Counted from the first letter of the whole stretch, positions 40,462-54,563 are shown. The stretch: 63,041 bases of DNA, filler included, from Octopus bimaculoides (GCF_001194135.2; 7 parts of 7 records of this genome joined end to end with filler, not necessarily neighbours in it); one strand, 5' to 3'. Notes: a model not told the origin generated them from the letters alone. Numbers and translations: made by a program.

Positions 40462-40961
40462 AGAAATGGGGTGAGTGATAGTGAAACAGACAAAGAAAGA
40501 GAAAGAGTGAGAAAGAAAGAGAAAGAGTGAGAAAGAGAGAGGTAAAAAAATAAACAGAAAGGGGTGGGAGATAGAGAGGAATAGATAGAGGAGGAGATAA
40601 TGAAAGAGAGACAGAAAGAGGAAAAGAGAGAGATGCTTACGGAAAAAGAGGAAACAAAGAGTAATAGAGAGAGGGGGAAAAGAAAGAGAAAGGGAGGGAA
40701 AGAGAGAAAAGGGGGGGAGCGAGAAAGAATGATTAGTCTTAAATAATAAATAACAAGATGTCATTTTCTTTTCTCTTTTGGCAAAGAATTGAAATTTTAA
40801 TATCAAAATATTTCAAAATTTCAAAATTATAACAAGATAAAAAAATAAACAACAAAACATGTGACTGATGTTAAACACATAGCACATATATACACACACA
40901 CGTGTGTATACATACATATAACAAAATATATATATATATATATACACACACATACATATAT

Positions 40962-41009
<48 letters not shown>

Positions 41010-41274
41010 GCATACACATATCAATATATATATATAGGATGACAAAATGTATTGTAAATAAACAACAGGGTAAAAAACATACAACGTATACTGACTGTAC
41101 AACCAGATACAGAAGGTACAGAAGGTCCCTAATTCTTCATCAGTTATCAACCAAATGGTATTACTCAGTTTCGCACCTTCAACAAGGCTGAGAACTTACC
41201 TTGCTGGCGGTGCCCACACACACACACACATATATATATATCACTATATGTATTATGTATATATATATATATCA

Positions 41275-41615
41275 TATTATGTCATGTGTGTGTGTGTCTG
41301 AGTGTAGGTGTGTGTATGTGTGCATCCGTGTGTGTGTGCACGTGTGCATGCATGTGTGCGCATGTGAATGTGTGTCTGAGTGTGTGAATGTGAATGTGTG
41401 TGTCTGTGTGCGTGTGCATGCATGTGAATGTGTGAGTGTGTGTGTGTGTGCGTGTATGCATGTGTGTGTGCACATGTGAATGTGTGTGAGTGTGTGTGTG
41501 TGTGCATGCATATGTGTGTGCATGTGAATGTGTGAGTATGTGTGTCTGAGTGAGTGTGTGAGTTTATATGTTTGTACCTGAGTGAGTGTGTGTGTGTGTG
41601 TGTGTGTGTATATGC
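41275..41615. repeat. Degenerate (TG)n-derived cryptic minisatellite
   Basis: Recurring GTGTGCATGTGAATGTGTG units. Confidence 0.8.
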
Positions 41616-42548
41616 GCGCGCGTTTGTATGTATGTGTCTTTGTCCCCACCACAGCTTGACAATCTGTTTCAGTTTATGTCCCNNNNNNNNNNNNNNNNNN
41701 NNNNNNNNNNNNNNNNNNNNNNNNNNNNNNNNNNNNNNNNNNNNNNNNNNNNNNNNNNNNNNNNNNNNNNNNNNNNNNNNNNNNNNNNNNNNNNNNNNNN
41801 NNNNNNNNNNNNNNNNNNNNNNNNNNNNNNNNNNNNNNNNNNNNNNNNNNNNNNNNNNNNNNNNNNNNNNNNNNNNNNNNNNNNNNNNNNNNNNNNNNNN
41901 NNNNNNNNNNNNNNNNNNNNNNNNNNNNNNNNNNNNNNNNNNNNNNNNNNNNNNNNNNNNNNNNNNNNNNNNNNNNNNNNNNNNNNNNNNNNNNNNNNNN
42001 NNNNNNNNNNNNNNNNNNNNNNNNNNNNNNNNNNNNNNNNNNNNNNNNNNNNNNNNNNNNNNNNNNNNNNNNNNNNNNNNNNNNNNNNNNNNNNNNNNNN
42101 NNNNNNNNNNNNNNNNNNNNNNNGTTTTGAATACATATATATGCTTCTGTTGATTGTAACAAATGTCTATGTATATCTATATATATATATATATATCTAT
42201 ATATATATATATATATATGTATGTATATATATATATAATATAATATAGGATAAAATCTTTATAAGAATTTATCAAGTAGTTAGCGTGAAAAAAACCCATA
42301 AGGAAAAAAAACTCATCGTTTTTTTCCCATAAATATATAATTTATATAAGGGCATTAACTATATAGTAATGCCTCACGCTTAGAGGGACTAAAAAGTAAA
42401 AAACTACCAAAAAATAAGCAACATATATATATATATTTGTATGTATATGTATTATGTGTACACGCTCAAACACACACATTCATATAAATATATATACATT
42501 CATACTACAAATATATATATACATACCTACATACATACATACATACAT

Positions 42549-42692
42549 GTACTACTATACAGTAGTACATCGGTTTTCGAACAACTCTGATCACAAATAA
42601 ATCATGCTTTATCCCCTGTCTTTCTCATATTCATTTAATACAGTAGTACCTTGGTCTACGAACGCCTCTGATCACGAATAAATCAGGCTTGA
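42549..42692. mobile_element. Two direct-orientation pogo/Tigger-like terminal fragments
   Basis: TA|CAGTAGTAC...CTCTGATCAC.AATAAATCA.GCTT repeated at about 42549 and 42639. Confidence 0.45.
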
Positions 42693-44436
42693 TATATATA
42701 TATTCATACCTATATATCTATCTATCTATTGGAAGGTTTGGAGGTGATGTACAGGAATTAAATATTAGAAAAAAATTAATTCCCTTCCATTCCTCACCCT
42801 CTCTTACTATCCTATATATCTCTCTCTCCACTCCTACACATTTAATAAAACTATAAAAAGAGACAGCATTGCAAGGTGAAATCAAAATTTGAAAATCCTA
42901 CAAGACTCGGTGAAAAGCGCTTTATATGATTTATAAAACATGTGACATTAATAAAAATCTGTAAATGTACAACCATCCAGATTTCTGAGTANNNNNNNNN
43001 NNNNNNNNNNNNNNNNNNNNNNNNNNNNNNNNNNNNNNNNNNNNNNNNNNNNNNNNNNNNNNNNNNNNNNNNNNNNNNNNNNNNNNNNNNNNNNNNNNNN
43101 NNNNNNNNNNNNNNNNNNNNNNNNNNNNNNNNNNNNNNNNNNNNNNNNNNNNNNNNNNNNNNNNNNNNNNNNNNNNNNNNNNNNNNNNNNNNNNNNNNNN
43201 NNNNNNNNNNNNNNNNNNNNNNNNNNNNNNNNNNNNNNNNNNNNNNNNNNNNNNNNNNNNNNNNNNNNNNNNNNNNNNNNNNNNNNNNNNNNNNNNNNNN
43301 NNNNNNNNNNNNNNNNNNNNNNNNNNNNNNNNNNNNNNNNNNNNNNNNNNNNNNNNNNNNNNNNNNNNNNNNNNNNNNNNNNNNNNNNNNNNNNNNNNNN
43401 NNNNNNNNNNNNNNNNNNNNNNNNNNNNNNNNNNNNNNNNNNNNNNNNNNNNNNNNNNNNNNNNNNNNNNNNNNNNNNNNNNNNNNNNNNNNNNNNNNNN
43501 NNNNNNNNNNNNNNNNNNNNNNNNNNNNNNNNNNNNNNNNNNNNNNNNNNNNNNNNNNNNNNNNNNNNNNNNNNNNNNNNNNNNNNNNNNNNNNNNNNNN
43601 NNNNNNNNNNNNNNNNNNNNNNNNNNNNNNNNNNNNNNNNNNNNNNNNNNNNNNNNNNNNNNNNNNNNNNNNNNNNNNNNNNNNNNNNNNNNNNNNNNNN
43701 NNNNNNNNNNNNNNNNNNNNNNNNNNNNNNNNNNNNNNNNNNNNNNNNNNNNNNNNNNNNNNNNNNNNNNNNNNNNNNNNNNNNNNNNNNNNNNNNNNNN
43801 NNNNNNNNNNNNNNNNNNNNNNNNNNNNNNNNNNNNNCAACGTTATTTTTTAAAAATATATATATATATATAGAGTTATTAATATTTCTAAGTCTCTCTA
43901 AAGGAGACTACGGCAGCGGTACTGGAAATTAATAGTTATCGCCAAGCCAACATGGCAGTCCCAAAATTAGGACGAAAGCTGCCGTGAATTAGCTCCAAGA
44001 AGCCATCGCCTCTAGCTAGCTATGTGACACACGAAACCTGTGTCCTTTATAACCTTCGAACAGGGAAGGTCAGCAGTGTCCCCCTGCTGGTTTGGCATCT
44101 GCAGACTAGTTTCAGGGTGTTGCCCCTTGTCAATGCAGAGCAGCCAAATATATATATATATGTATATATATATATGTGTATGTATGTATGTATGTATCTA
44201 TGTATGTATATAGGATGTTCAAAAATTATCCTTGCAGCTTCCACAATTCATCATCTTAATGTTTCGTGCGCAAACAATGGATTGTGGAAGAGTTCTGATG
44301 TTTCTAACAAGACTTTATCTGTTTACCTATGCTTTCCAAATCACTCCGCTGAGTTATCCTTTCATTTTCCACTGAACTCTTCAAACCGTAAAGGTAATTT
44401 AAGGACATTCTGTATATACATATATGTATGTATGTG

Positions 44437-44471
<35 letters not shown>

Positions 44472-44719
44472 ATAAACATACACATACATACATGCTTTGA
44501 GAGCCAGACATTCAGACAGACACACAGTCTGCTCCCAAAAAAAGAAAAAAAAACAATCTAAGAGCAAAATGCAAAATCATACAACTGTACAAGAGGCAAT
44601 TGTGAAAATTATTATTGTTATTATTATCATTATTATTATTATCATTATTTTTAACATTATCATTATTATAATTACAATGGGATAGGGCGGTGGTGAGAGG
44701 TTAAAGGTGAGATGCATAA

Positions 44720-44957
44720 TTATTTTTCAACTGAAGGTGGAATATTTTGGCATTTGGTCTCAAACTTGAAGATGACATCAAAGATTTTGCCCCCAAGGCG
44801 TTGTGCAAGCCACTCGTTCTTGATAATGGCCATCTTCAGAGAATCACATGAGAAACGGGCATCATAGTTGGTGTGGATGGCGCGACCCATTCCTTCCAGA
44901 ATGATTAAATCAGTCTCACACTGGAGCATCCTGTTGGCGAGGTTCTTGTCAATCAAC
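44720..44957 (-). CDS. PANK4: Terminal coding exon of a pantothenate kinase 4-like gene (C-terminal DUF89/ARMT1-like phosphatase domain)
   Basis: Translation (R)LIDKNLANRMLQCETDLIILEGMGRAIHTNYDARFSCDSLKMAIIKNEWLAQRLGGKIFDVIFKFE matches the remembered PANK4 C-terminus (EGMGRAVHTNY...[20 protein letters not shown]...VIFKYE). Acceptor ttcctaccgacag|G at 44958-44960, phase 2; TAA stop at 44720-44722. Confidence 0.9.
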
Positions 44958-46132
44958 CTGTCGGTAGGAAAATGTCTGTTATTAGTAGGGTAGAGGACAG
45001 AAAGGGAAGAGAGAGAGAGATAGAGAGACAGAGGAAAGGCAACAGGAGAGAGAGAGAGAGAGAAAGAGAGAGCAAAAACTGGATTGAGAGAGGGAGGGCA
45101 ACACAGGGTAGAGAAGGACAGAAAGGAGAGAGAGACAGACAGACAGATCAGAGAGACAGAGAGAGAGAGANNNNNNNNNNNNNNNNNNNNNNNNNNNNNN
45201 NNNNNNNNNNNNNNNNNNNNNNNNNNNNNNNNNNNNNNNNNNNNNNNNNNNNNNNNNNNNNNNNNNNNNNNNNNNNNNNNNNNNNNNNNNNNNNNNNNNN
45301 NNNNNNNNNNNNNNNNNNNNNNNNNNNNNNNNNNNNNNNNNNNNNNNNNNNNNNNNNNNNNNNNNNNNNNNNNNNNNNNNNNNNNNNNNNNNNNNNNNNN
45401 NNNNNNNNNNNNNNNNNNNNNNNNNNNNNNNNNNNNNNNNNNNNNNNNNNNNNNNNNNNNNNNNNNNNNNNNNNNNNNNNNNNNNNNNNNNNNNNNNNNN
45501 NNNNNNNNNNNNNNNNNNNNNNNNNNNNNNNNNNNNNNNNNNNNNNNNNNNNNNNNNNNNNNNNNNNNNNNNNNNNNNNNNNNNNNNNNNNNNNNNNNNN
45601 NNNNNNNNNNNNNNNNNNNNNNNNNNNNNNNNNNNNNNNNNNNNNNNNNNNNNNNNNNNNNNNNNNNNNNNNNNNNNNNNNNNNNNNNNNNNNNNNNNNN
45701 NNNNNNNNNNNNNNNNNNNNNNNNNNNNNNNNNNNNNNNNNNNNNNNNNNNNNNNNNNNNNNNNNNNNNNNNNNNNNNNNNNNNNNNNNNNNNTAATATG
45801 ACATGGTGATATTTTGAATTATAATTAAATTAAAATTTAAGATGTACGAAATATAAATATATATAAAGAATATAAATGTATATGAAAATATACATAAAAA
45901 TACATGTGTATATAAATGCATATAAAAATTTATACGTAAATGAGCATAAATATTATAAAGTCTAAAAATTTAAAAACTAAAATACATCTCACGATCGTTT
46001 CACGGACATTATTGCAACCACAATGTAATCAAAAGATAAGCATACTGGCAATAATTCCGCTCTTCAGAGATGAGGAATTCTGTACATTATTTACATTATT
46101 CACATCAGATGGATATGTATCCTCATCTTGTT

Positions 46133-46179
46133 GTTACCACGTTTCGGCTGATTTACTCTCCAGCCGTCATCAGGTGTCC
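46133..46179 (-). ncRNA. Hammerhead-like motif, 3' strand of stem I degenerate
   Basis: GGACAC-CTGATGA-C-GGCTG(10 nt)CAGCC-GAAAC-GTG-GTA; core and stem II intact, but the downstream sequence does not pair with GACAC. Confidence 0.5.
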
Positions 46180-46239
46180 TGGTAGAATTTTGAACCCAAC
46201 CCTGGGTTCTCGTTCATTCCTGAGGTATATTTTTGCATC

Positions 46240-46533
46240 GTTGCCAGTGCCTCTGGACTGGCTCTTGTGCGGGTGGCACGTAAAATACACCATTTTGAGC
46301 GTGCCTGTTGCCAGTACCGCCTGACTGGCCTTCGTGCGGGTGACACGTAAAAGCACCCACTACATTCTCGAAGTGGTTGGCGTTAGGAAGGGCTTCCAGC
46401 TGTAGAAACTCTGCCAAATCAGATTGGAGCCCGGTGTAGCCATCTGGTCCACCAGTCCTCAGTCAAATCATCCAACCCATGCTAGCATGGAAAACGGACG
46501 TTAAACGATGATGATGATGATGATGATGATGAT
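46240..46533 (+). mobile_element. SINE family C / RTE-type tail element with (GAT)n end
   Basis: GTTAGGAAGGGCTTCCAGCTGTAGAAAC block (resembles the V-SINE central domain, from memory), CAACCCATGCTAGCATGG...(GAT)n tail, internal 5' duplication. Related fragments at about 7851-8050 (+), 10075-10290 (-) and 18040-18195 (+). Confidence 0.8.
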
Positions 46534-47312
46534 GGATGGTTTAATTCTTGTTCAACATCTTTAACCNNNNNNNNNNNNNNNNNNNNNNNNNNNNNNNNNN
46601 NNNNNNNNNNTTAATTAATTAANNNNNNNNNNNNNNNNNNNNNNNNNNNNNNNNNNNNNNNNNNNNTATATATATAAACTGAGAAAGTGTGTTTGTGTGT
46701 GTGTCTGTCTGTATGTGTGCATCACTAAATCTCGAGAACTACCCAATAGATTTCATTTTAATTTTTTACAACTGCAGTGTCATGAACCATAAAAGTTTGA
46801 AATTCTTGCCTAATGCGATTCCTGAACAAACTCTTATCTCTTACACTATTTCCGCATTACGTGTCAAAATCTCTATTAATACTTTCACCAGTATATGGTT
46901 TCAATTTCAATTACTTTCAATATGCATTTATATACATGTTTGTATATGTATGNNNNNNNNNNTATATATGTGCGTGTGTGTGTGTGTGTATGTATAAAAG
47001 GGAATAGGGAAATACAACTGACATACTAAACATTTATTCGCATTAAAATATAATATAATATAACATAACAGAACAAATTATTAAAACACATATAAAACCA
47101 ACAATTTGTTTCGGCTCATATACACAAGGAAATTTATAAACATTCACATTTAAATATATATGTCTCCTCAGGCCATATGTCAGGAAAACAGACGAATATT
47201 CCATGTAAGGGCTGCTAAATTTCAAAATAGACCGATTCAATAGCGTGAGCGTTAATAATTCAAATATGTAATAAATACAATAAAAAGAACAGCAAAATAG
47301 ATAGATAGATAA

Positions 47313-47360
<48 letters not shown>

Positions 47361-47575
47361 CTTTCTTTTATTAGCCACACAGGGCTGGACAAATACAGAG
47401 CTTTTCTTTAAAAAAATTGTTTAAATCCGATCAAAAGGGATCGGTAGGGGCAAACAACAAAAAAAGGTGGGAGGGGTATCGTATATCACAGAAAATGTCA
47501 ATTGTGTAAAATGGGGTAACATTAGGTTTATCCATGGAGAGAAAAGCCTACGGAAAAGACCATGGTAAACTCAGC
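47361..47575 (-). mobile_element. LINE-like 3' UTR fragment ending in AATAAAAGAAA next to (GATA)n
   Basis: Homologous to 56875-57125. Confidence 0.6.
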
Positions 47576-47610
47576 AGGGAATAGAGACATGAGAGCGAAG
47601 TGCTATAGAC

Positions 47611-47683
<73 letters not shown>

Positions 47684-48149
47684 TGCACTTATGTTCGTTT
47701 CTATGAGTCTTGTACTGTCCACGGGCATCTGTCCGATGATCGTTTCAATTTGTCGTAAGACAACTCTTTTTGTTAATATTTCGAATGTTTGTCTTATGTC
47801 TTAGTTCTTTGAACAATACAAATTTTTCCCAGTACCGAAATCGTTAGGAGTTTTGCATAAAAGGTGGGCTTATTGAATCAGCCTTGAAATGTATACACTA
47901 TATTAACTGTTGTTCAATTGTTAAGATGTATGATTCCCTGTAAGTACGTCAATACATGCAATGTAAAGAAAGTTTAAACTTCGTCCATTAAATACAGTAG
48001 CCAATTTCCATTACACATCTGTAATAATTAATTGTTAAGCAAATACATTTGAAAGCAAGAAATAGAAAATATTTGTGTGTTTTTAGTGTTAATTTCCTGA
48101 TGCAATCACTTCAAATTATCCTGAGGTGACATAAGCAAACAAGACATCC

Positions 48150-48480
48150 TCTAGGTGATTAAGCGAATTTCTCGAAGACGCAACAAGTTATCCTCCAATC
48201 ATACATGATCGACTTAAATTCATTAGGGAAGCATTCTGTAATACAGTCGTACACATTCCCATGACAATGACGTGATGCTCACATCTAGAATATCTGCGAT
48301 CGTGGGTCTAGTAAACTATATTTGGCTTGGATATAAGCCAACCAAACAAAACTATGAAGATGCACTTCGCTGATGACTTAAAATAAAGCGAAAATATTTA
48401 CCGAGTTGTCGTCCCGTTTTGTATCAAACATCTGGAATATGGCACTAATCACAGACTACTTTAATTTAATTCACTCTTAT
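48150..48480 (+). mobile_element. Possible highly decayed CR1-like RT fragment
   Basis: NFSKT, LTSRISAIVGLVNYI and MHFADDLK in the order of RT motifs DFSKA / SGVPQGSVLGP / FADD; VSYEERL near 49616-49636 may belong to the same copy. Confidence 0.4.
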
Positions 48481-48872
48481 AGTTCAACTCACCAACGTTC
48501 CATGCAATAAATATGCTGCTATCCATTTAATTGTTTGCTCTCATACAGATGGCGTCTGAGAATTATGTAATTTCCACATAATCCTAATATTTGCTGTAAA
48601 ATTGATGGTAAATGTCAGGAATAATTTGATAATACTTGTCTCATTCTTGACTCCGGACTAATGTTCATATGACAGCAGCTGTAATAAGTATATGATTTGA
48701 GATTTTATGCGTAACGGTGAAAATAATTTCATAACTATTCTGTCTACAGCATATGAACTTAGTTTTCAATGTGAAAACATATTGTGTTTGGGAGAATGTG
48801 TACATGCGCGCGTATTTGTGAGTGTGTGTATATATGTATGGATGTATGAATGTATGTACATACGTAGGTATG

Positions 48873-48940
<68 letters not shown>

Positions 48941-49338
48941 GAAATACAGTTATAAGGAAACCTGCATATAAATGTAGGTATAAGACATACACATACTTAC
49001 ACTCATACATATACGTATAAATACACACATTAATACACATGCGCATACACATACACGCATATACATATGTCCAAATACACACAGCTATATATATTTGCAT
49101 ATAAATGTATATAAATATATGTTTATATATGTGTGTCTGCATGTGTGTAAATATATATAATTTTTATAATTATATACATTTATATGAATGTATGTATAAG
49201 ATACATACTAAAAGCAACTAAAAAAACAACACCTTCGATTCAATGCAGATCTGATCTGTACAGATTTTTTTCTGATTGATGAGAATATTGATTCAATCAA
49301 AATCTTCTGATGTCTGAGAAAAACTATTATTTATTTAT

Positions 49339-49375
<37 letters not shown>

Positions 49376-49393
49376 NNNNNNNNNNNNNNNNNG

Positions 49394-49474
<81 letters not shown>

Positions 49475-49830
49475 TTATGTGCGTACAAGTGTATGGTTGT
49501 ATGTGCATTTGTTTGTGCATTGTGTGTACATATATCCATGTGCATACTACAATGATGGTGACAATATGCAGATGATTGGCTGGTTCTAATGCGAGATTAT
49601 TTAGAATCAGACTGTGTGTCCTATGAAGAACGTTTGTTCTTAGACATATGGACTGTCCCCAATTATAATATCAAACGATTTTCAATACTCGATTGAAAGT
49701 TGGACACAGACATGGATCTAGTGGAGTTCTAAGGAAAGGTTAATTGTTATGCAATCTCATTCGAAATAGCAAATTTTCAATGCATACATCCATAAATGCA
49801 TGCATATATGCATGTCTATATATACACATA

Positions 49831-49925
<95 letters not shown>

Positions 49926-49937
49926 NNNNNNNNNNAC

Positions 49938-49995
<58 letters not shown>

Positions 49996-50843
49996 ATATG
50001 TATATGTATATAGTACATATGTATGTATATATGAATATATTTAGTATAATTTGCTTAAAAAACGTGTAACATAAATTCAAGAACTCTCATGTCGTTATTT
50101 AGCTAGGGCCGGATACACGTGCAGTACTCTTCTTTGCATAAGATTGATACAAGAATAATATAGCACGTGGATAGTAATACCTAACTGCTGATTTTAGCAT
50201 CTAGCAATCGAACTCATAATTTCATATCACTGAGCCCATCTCATTAAGCACTAGGCCTGGAAATATTTGGCTAATTGACTGAGCTTATTGAGACAATCGA
50301 TATTTAATTGCTGTTTTTAGCATCTATAATTTGCATCCAATTTGCATCGATTTAAATATGCCTCCATTTTATTATATTTTTCCTTTGTAAATTTCAATAT
50401 AGTATGATGGTTAAAGTAGGATGAAATCAATAGTAAGCCTATAAACAATACTAGTTTTTGTTCTTACTAACATTACATAATGCTTATCAAAGATGAAAAG
50501 AAAAAATAACGTGGTTGGTGCGTACAAATGTAATATGTATAACAACTCGGTATATTTATGACCTTATATAAACTGTAGATACCATTTGCCACCACCACCA
50601 CCATCACAAACCACCAGCCTTACCACGATCACCTCCATCGTGTTCATGTTCATTATCTTTTTCAACATCATCATCGTCATCATCATCATCATCGTCATCA
50701 TCGTCATCATCATCATCATCATTAATGTTGTTATTGTTAGTGGTGGTGGTGGTGGTGGCGGTGGTGATGTTTTTTGTGTTGTCGTTGCTGTTTTTCCTTG
50801 TCTTTATATTATTACTGGCACTATAGATGTTTGTTTGTATGCG

Positions 50844-50926
<83 letters not shown>

Positions 50927-51575
50927 ATGTGTGCGTGTGTGTGTGTTTTATTGTTGTTTTCTTATCCATCACTGCAGTTCCTGATAAGATATTTATACCA
51001 TTTTGATTTACTAGAAAGCTGAATCTTCTATGAAGAATAGAATGCAGAGCCTTGTAAATCTTTTGAACTGAATGCTTCAATAGATTTCTGATTGAGATAT
51101 GGAAACGAATGGAAAGAGAGAAAAATAATCACAAAAGAATCAGAAATGGATAAACAAGAATCATTGAAAAAATGTGAATTCAAGAATTTATACAAACAGT
51201 TCAAGAATGTTGGATCGTATTCATGAATTATTCCATTCTTTTAGCGAAAGCGTTCAAAGTTATGTTAATATAGACAATGATGGGTTTGAAAAAGTTGATG
51301 ACGAATTTTTCTATGTACGTATGTATGTATGTCTGTCTGTATGTATGTATGTATGCATGTATGCATGCATATATGTTTGCATATATGTATGAATGCATGC
51401 ATACATGCATGTATTTATGTATGCATGTGTGTATGCATGTATGCATGTATGTATGTATGAATGAATACATAAATGCGTGTAGGCATACGCATGAATGAAA
51501 GGGTGTATGTATGCATCAATAATATATATATATATATATATATTATATGCACGCACATATATATGTATATATGCG

Positions 51576-51617
<42 letters not shown>

Positions 51618-52149
51618 ATCTAGAATTTATTCGTTAATAATAAAGAATTTAATGATGTATAAAGTCCAATATTCTTTCCTTTGAAATATCTTTTAATGTT
51701 TATTCTATGGAGTTTGATTACATATTTTTTATCACACGATTCATTGCATAGAACTTTGACTTCATAGTAAAACTGTGCTTGTAGAATATATAGAATCTTA
51801 ATACGGTCGCAAGAGTGTATAGTACATTAACCAGCATTTGATTGTGATATGTAACTGTTTCTAAGCGAGTAGTTTCTTTTGTTGCATTTGTGTATATAAA
51901 ATGCCCGTTTAATTGTTGCAGATGTATTAATGCCATTGAATTGATTAACAATGTTATGCAAGTGTCTGTAGTTGATTACATCCAGCAAGTCTCTGTCATT
52001 GTCTCATTTGATATGCAACATCTTCTCAGTTACGCTTGATAAGGTTTTCAAACAAATACCAATTACCTTGTAAGACAATTACGAAATGATAGCAGCATTT
52101 TCAGTTTTTAACGACTTGGTGGTAAAAAGAAAAGTATGAAAGAAAAAAT

Positions 52150-53060
52150 GTGTGTGTATGTGTGTGTAGATGCTCTTTGTAGATGACTATTCTTGTTGCC
52201 TCTAAATCTTGAACATTTTCAAAGAATCGCACACTCCCTCTCGGCTGCTGCAAAGCACTTTGTTCGTTCAATCGCCACTAAGAACTCTGTCATTATGCAC
52301 CAAAACAGTCATAGATGTTTTCAAACATATAGAACAGTGGAACAAAGTATTTATGTATCAGGGGTAAACCTTGTATACCTGTTTCCTTCAACATTATTTT
52401 CACAAAATGTGTATGATTAAGCGGCAGGACATGATATTCAATAAAGGTCCAATCTCGTCGTACAATCGGTAACATCTCGTGGTACAATCGGGTTGCAAAT
52501 GAAGCTGCAATTTCCTTCGCGAATACAACAGCTAATAGTGGTATCTTGGGGAACATTTTGTACAAGCAGCAACTCTTGAAGCAGTATTTTATTGAAGCAC
52601 TTGTACAGAAAATCTAAAAGCTATACAAATCTACTTAACCTGATTAAATTTTCCTGTACTACTTTTGTAGCTGTCCAGTTGACTTATTATATTTCTGCAA
52701 TACCTGCTTCCCATATTTCATTCACGAGAGTTCGGTCGACCCCGGTTATAGTCGAGTGCACATGCCCTAAGTTGCTACTGTGTCGCATCATGCCCAGTGT
52801 CTATTGATAAGCAATGTTATTCTTAATCAGACAGTTATACATAACATATGATTCTGTGCACAGTAGATGCTGTAATACAAATATGAATATTATCTGGTTC
52901 GAATTCCAATATTAACTGCTTCATTGTAACGCAATGGCGGAAAAATGCAGTTTGGTAATACTCTCAACAACAACGTTTACTGGAGTGTCTTGACCAGCAG
53001 AATGCAGTCATAGATCCTTGAAACTTCTCAAGCTACAGATCCTGAAGCGATCATCCATAT
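52150..53060 (-). mobile_element. Decayed non-LTR retrotransposon RT N-terminal region
   Basis: TGVDRTLVNEIWEAG (cf. PGxDGIPxEIxKxG), CFNKILLQE...VPQD and FLVAIERTKCF (cf. FVDxxKAF) in the expected order; stops and a 22-nt duplication frameshift. Confidence 0.45.
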
Positions 53061-53191
53061 CTTTACTACCTATATATATATATATATATATNNNNNNNNN
53101 NNNNNNNNNNNNNNNNNNNNNNNNNNNNNNNNNNNTTAATTAATTAANNNNNNNNNNNNNNNNNNNNNNNNNNNNNNNNNNNNNNNNNNNN

Positions 53192-53232
<41 letters not shown>

Positions 53233-53547
53233 ACATATATATATATATATATATTTAATTTCATGTATTGTCAGCATACACCTACAATATAGTTAGGCGT
53301 TCCAGCCGCGCCAGTCATCTTTCAGGCATAAAATATCTAGGAGTACACTATCCAATGTCCCCATATTTCAAGGCTGTAGGACTTAATTTTAAGGGATACT
53401 AAGATGCTTAAAATAACCTCTTTCATCATGGGTCTGCTTCTCCTGGGCTGAATTGTGAGACACCTACAATAAGAACGGCAAAAGCTACAGAGACACGAAC
53501 ACATTACATTCCTATACACGCGAACGAGCATCTAGGCACAGCAACAT

Positions 53548-53607
<60 letters not shown>

Positions 53608-54048
53608 GCTTGCATTCGGAAGTATAAGCATATAGGCATTGCATACATATACACCCGCGTCCGGACGCACACAAAGGCACACACGCGTGTACATGTACAA
53701 CAATGGCAGGAACATGCATGTCAGCACCAATTCCCGAACGCGTGTTACACGTGCCGTTAAGTGTGGCGTGCACAGGTGCTTGAGAATACAACATACTTGT
53801 GACCGTGAGTATGCCAAGTAATTTGGACATCAACACACACACACACATACACACATATACGTACGTATATGAATACGCATGTGTATATATCGATGTATCA
53901 ATATATTTGCAGGAGTATATATACAGGGAGGCACACGCACATGCAGTATATTATATATAAATACAGTCCGATGGTGGGTTAGCTGGCCGAAACTTCGAGG
54001 TCACTATAAACCACATTCCTGTATAAGAATAATATACACACGTATACA

Positions 54049-54080
<32 letters not shown>

Positions 54081-54081
<1 letters not shown>

Positions 54082-54220
54082 GTGGTTTTGTGGTAAGAAG
54101 TTTGATTCCCAAGCACATGGTTGCGGGTTCGGTCCCTCTGCGTGGTACCTTGGGCAGGTGCCTTCTACTATAACCTCGAGCCGACCAAAGCCTTGTGAGT
54201 GGATTTGGTAGACGGAAACA
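54081..54220 (+). mobile_element. SINE family A, 5' half
   Basis: Head and core block followed by (CA)n. Confidence 0.85.
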
Positions 54221-54231
54221 CACGCACCCAC

Positions 54232-54289
<58 letters not shown>

Positions 54290-54299
54290 ACATCGTTTA

Positions 54300-54563
54300 T
54301 CTTTTATCTTTAACTTCTTTCAGTCATTGGATTGCGGCCATGCTGGGGCACCACATTGAAGAATTTTAATCAAATAACTCGATCCCAGTACTTTTTATTT
54401 TTTAAGCCTGGTACTTATTCTATCGATCTCATTAACCGAATTGCTATGTTACGGTGATATAAACACACAGGTTGTCAAGCGGTGGTGAGGGAGAGACACA
54501 CACACACACATAGATATATACATATATACACCACGGGCTTCTTACAGTTTCCTTCCACCAAAT
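54300..54563 (-). mobile_element. SINE family A, 3' half
   Basis: Tail block CAGTCATTGGATTGCGGCCATGCTGGGGCACC to GGGCTTCTTACAGTTTCC. Confidence 0.8.

Noticed and set aside
43900-44000. Structured GC-richer segment with GACGAAAGCTGCCG, tested as hammerhead or HDV-like ribozyme
   Set aside because: No CUGANGA core, no NUH at the required position, and spacing does not fit the HDV fold; probably a dispersed repeat.
51850-52010. Minus-strand peptide DLLDVINYRHL...FNGINTS...FYIHKC resembling the 24.5-kb exon
   Set aside because: Short, flanked by stops, similarity at chance level.
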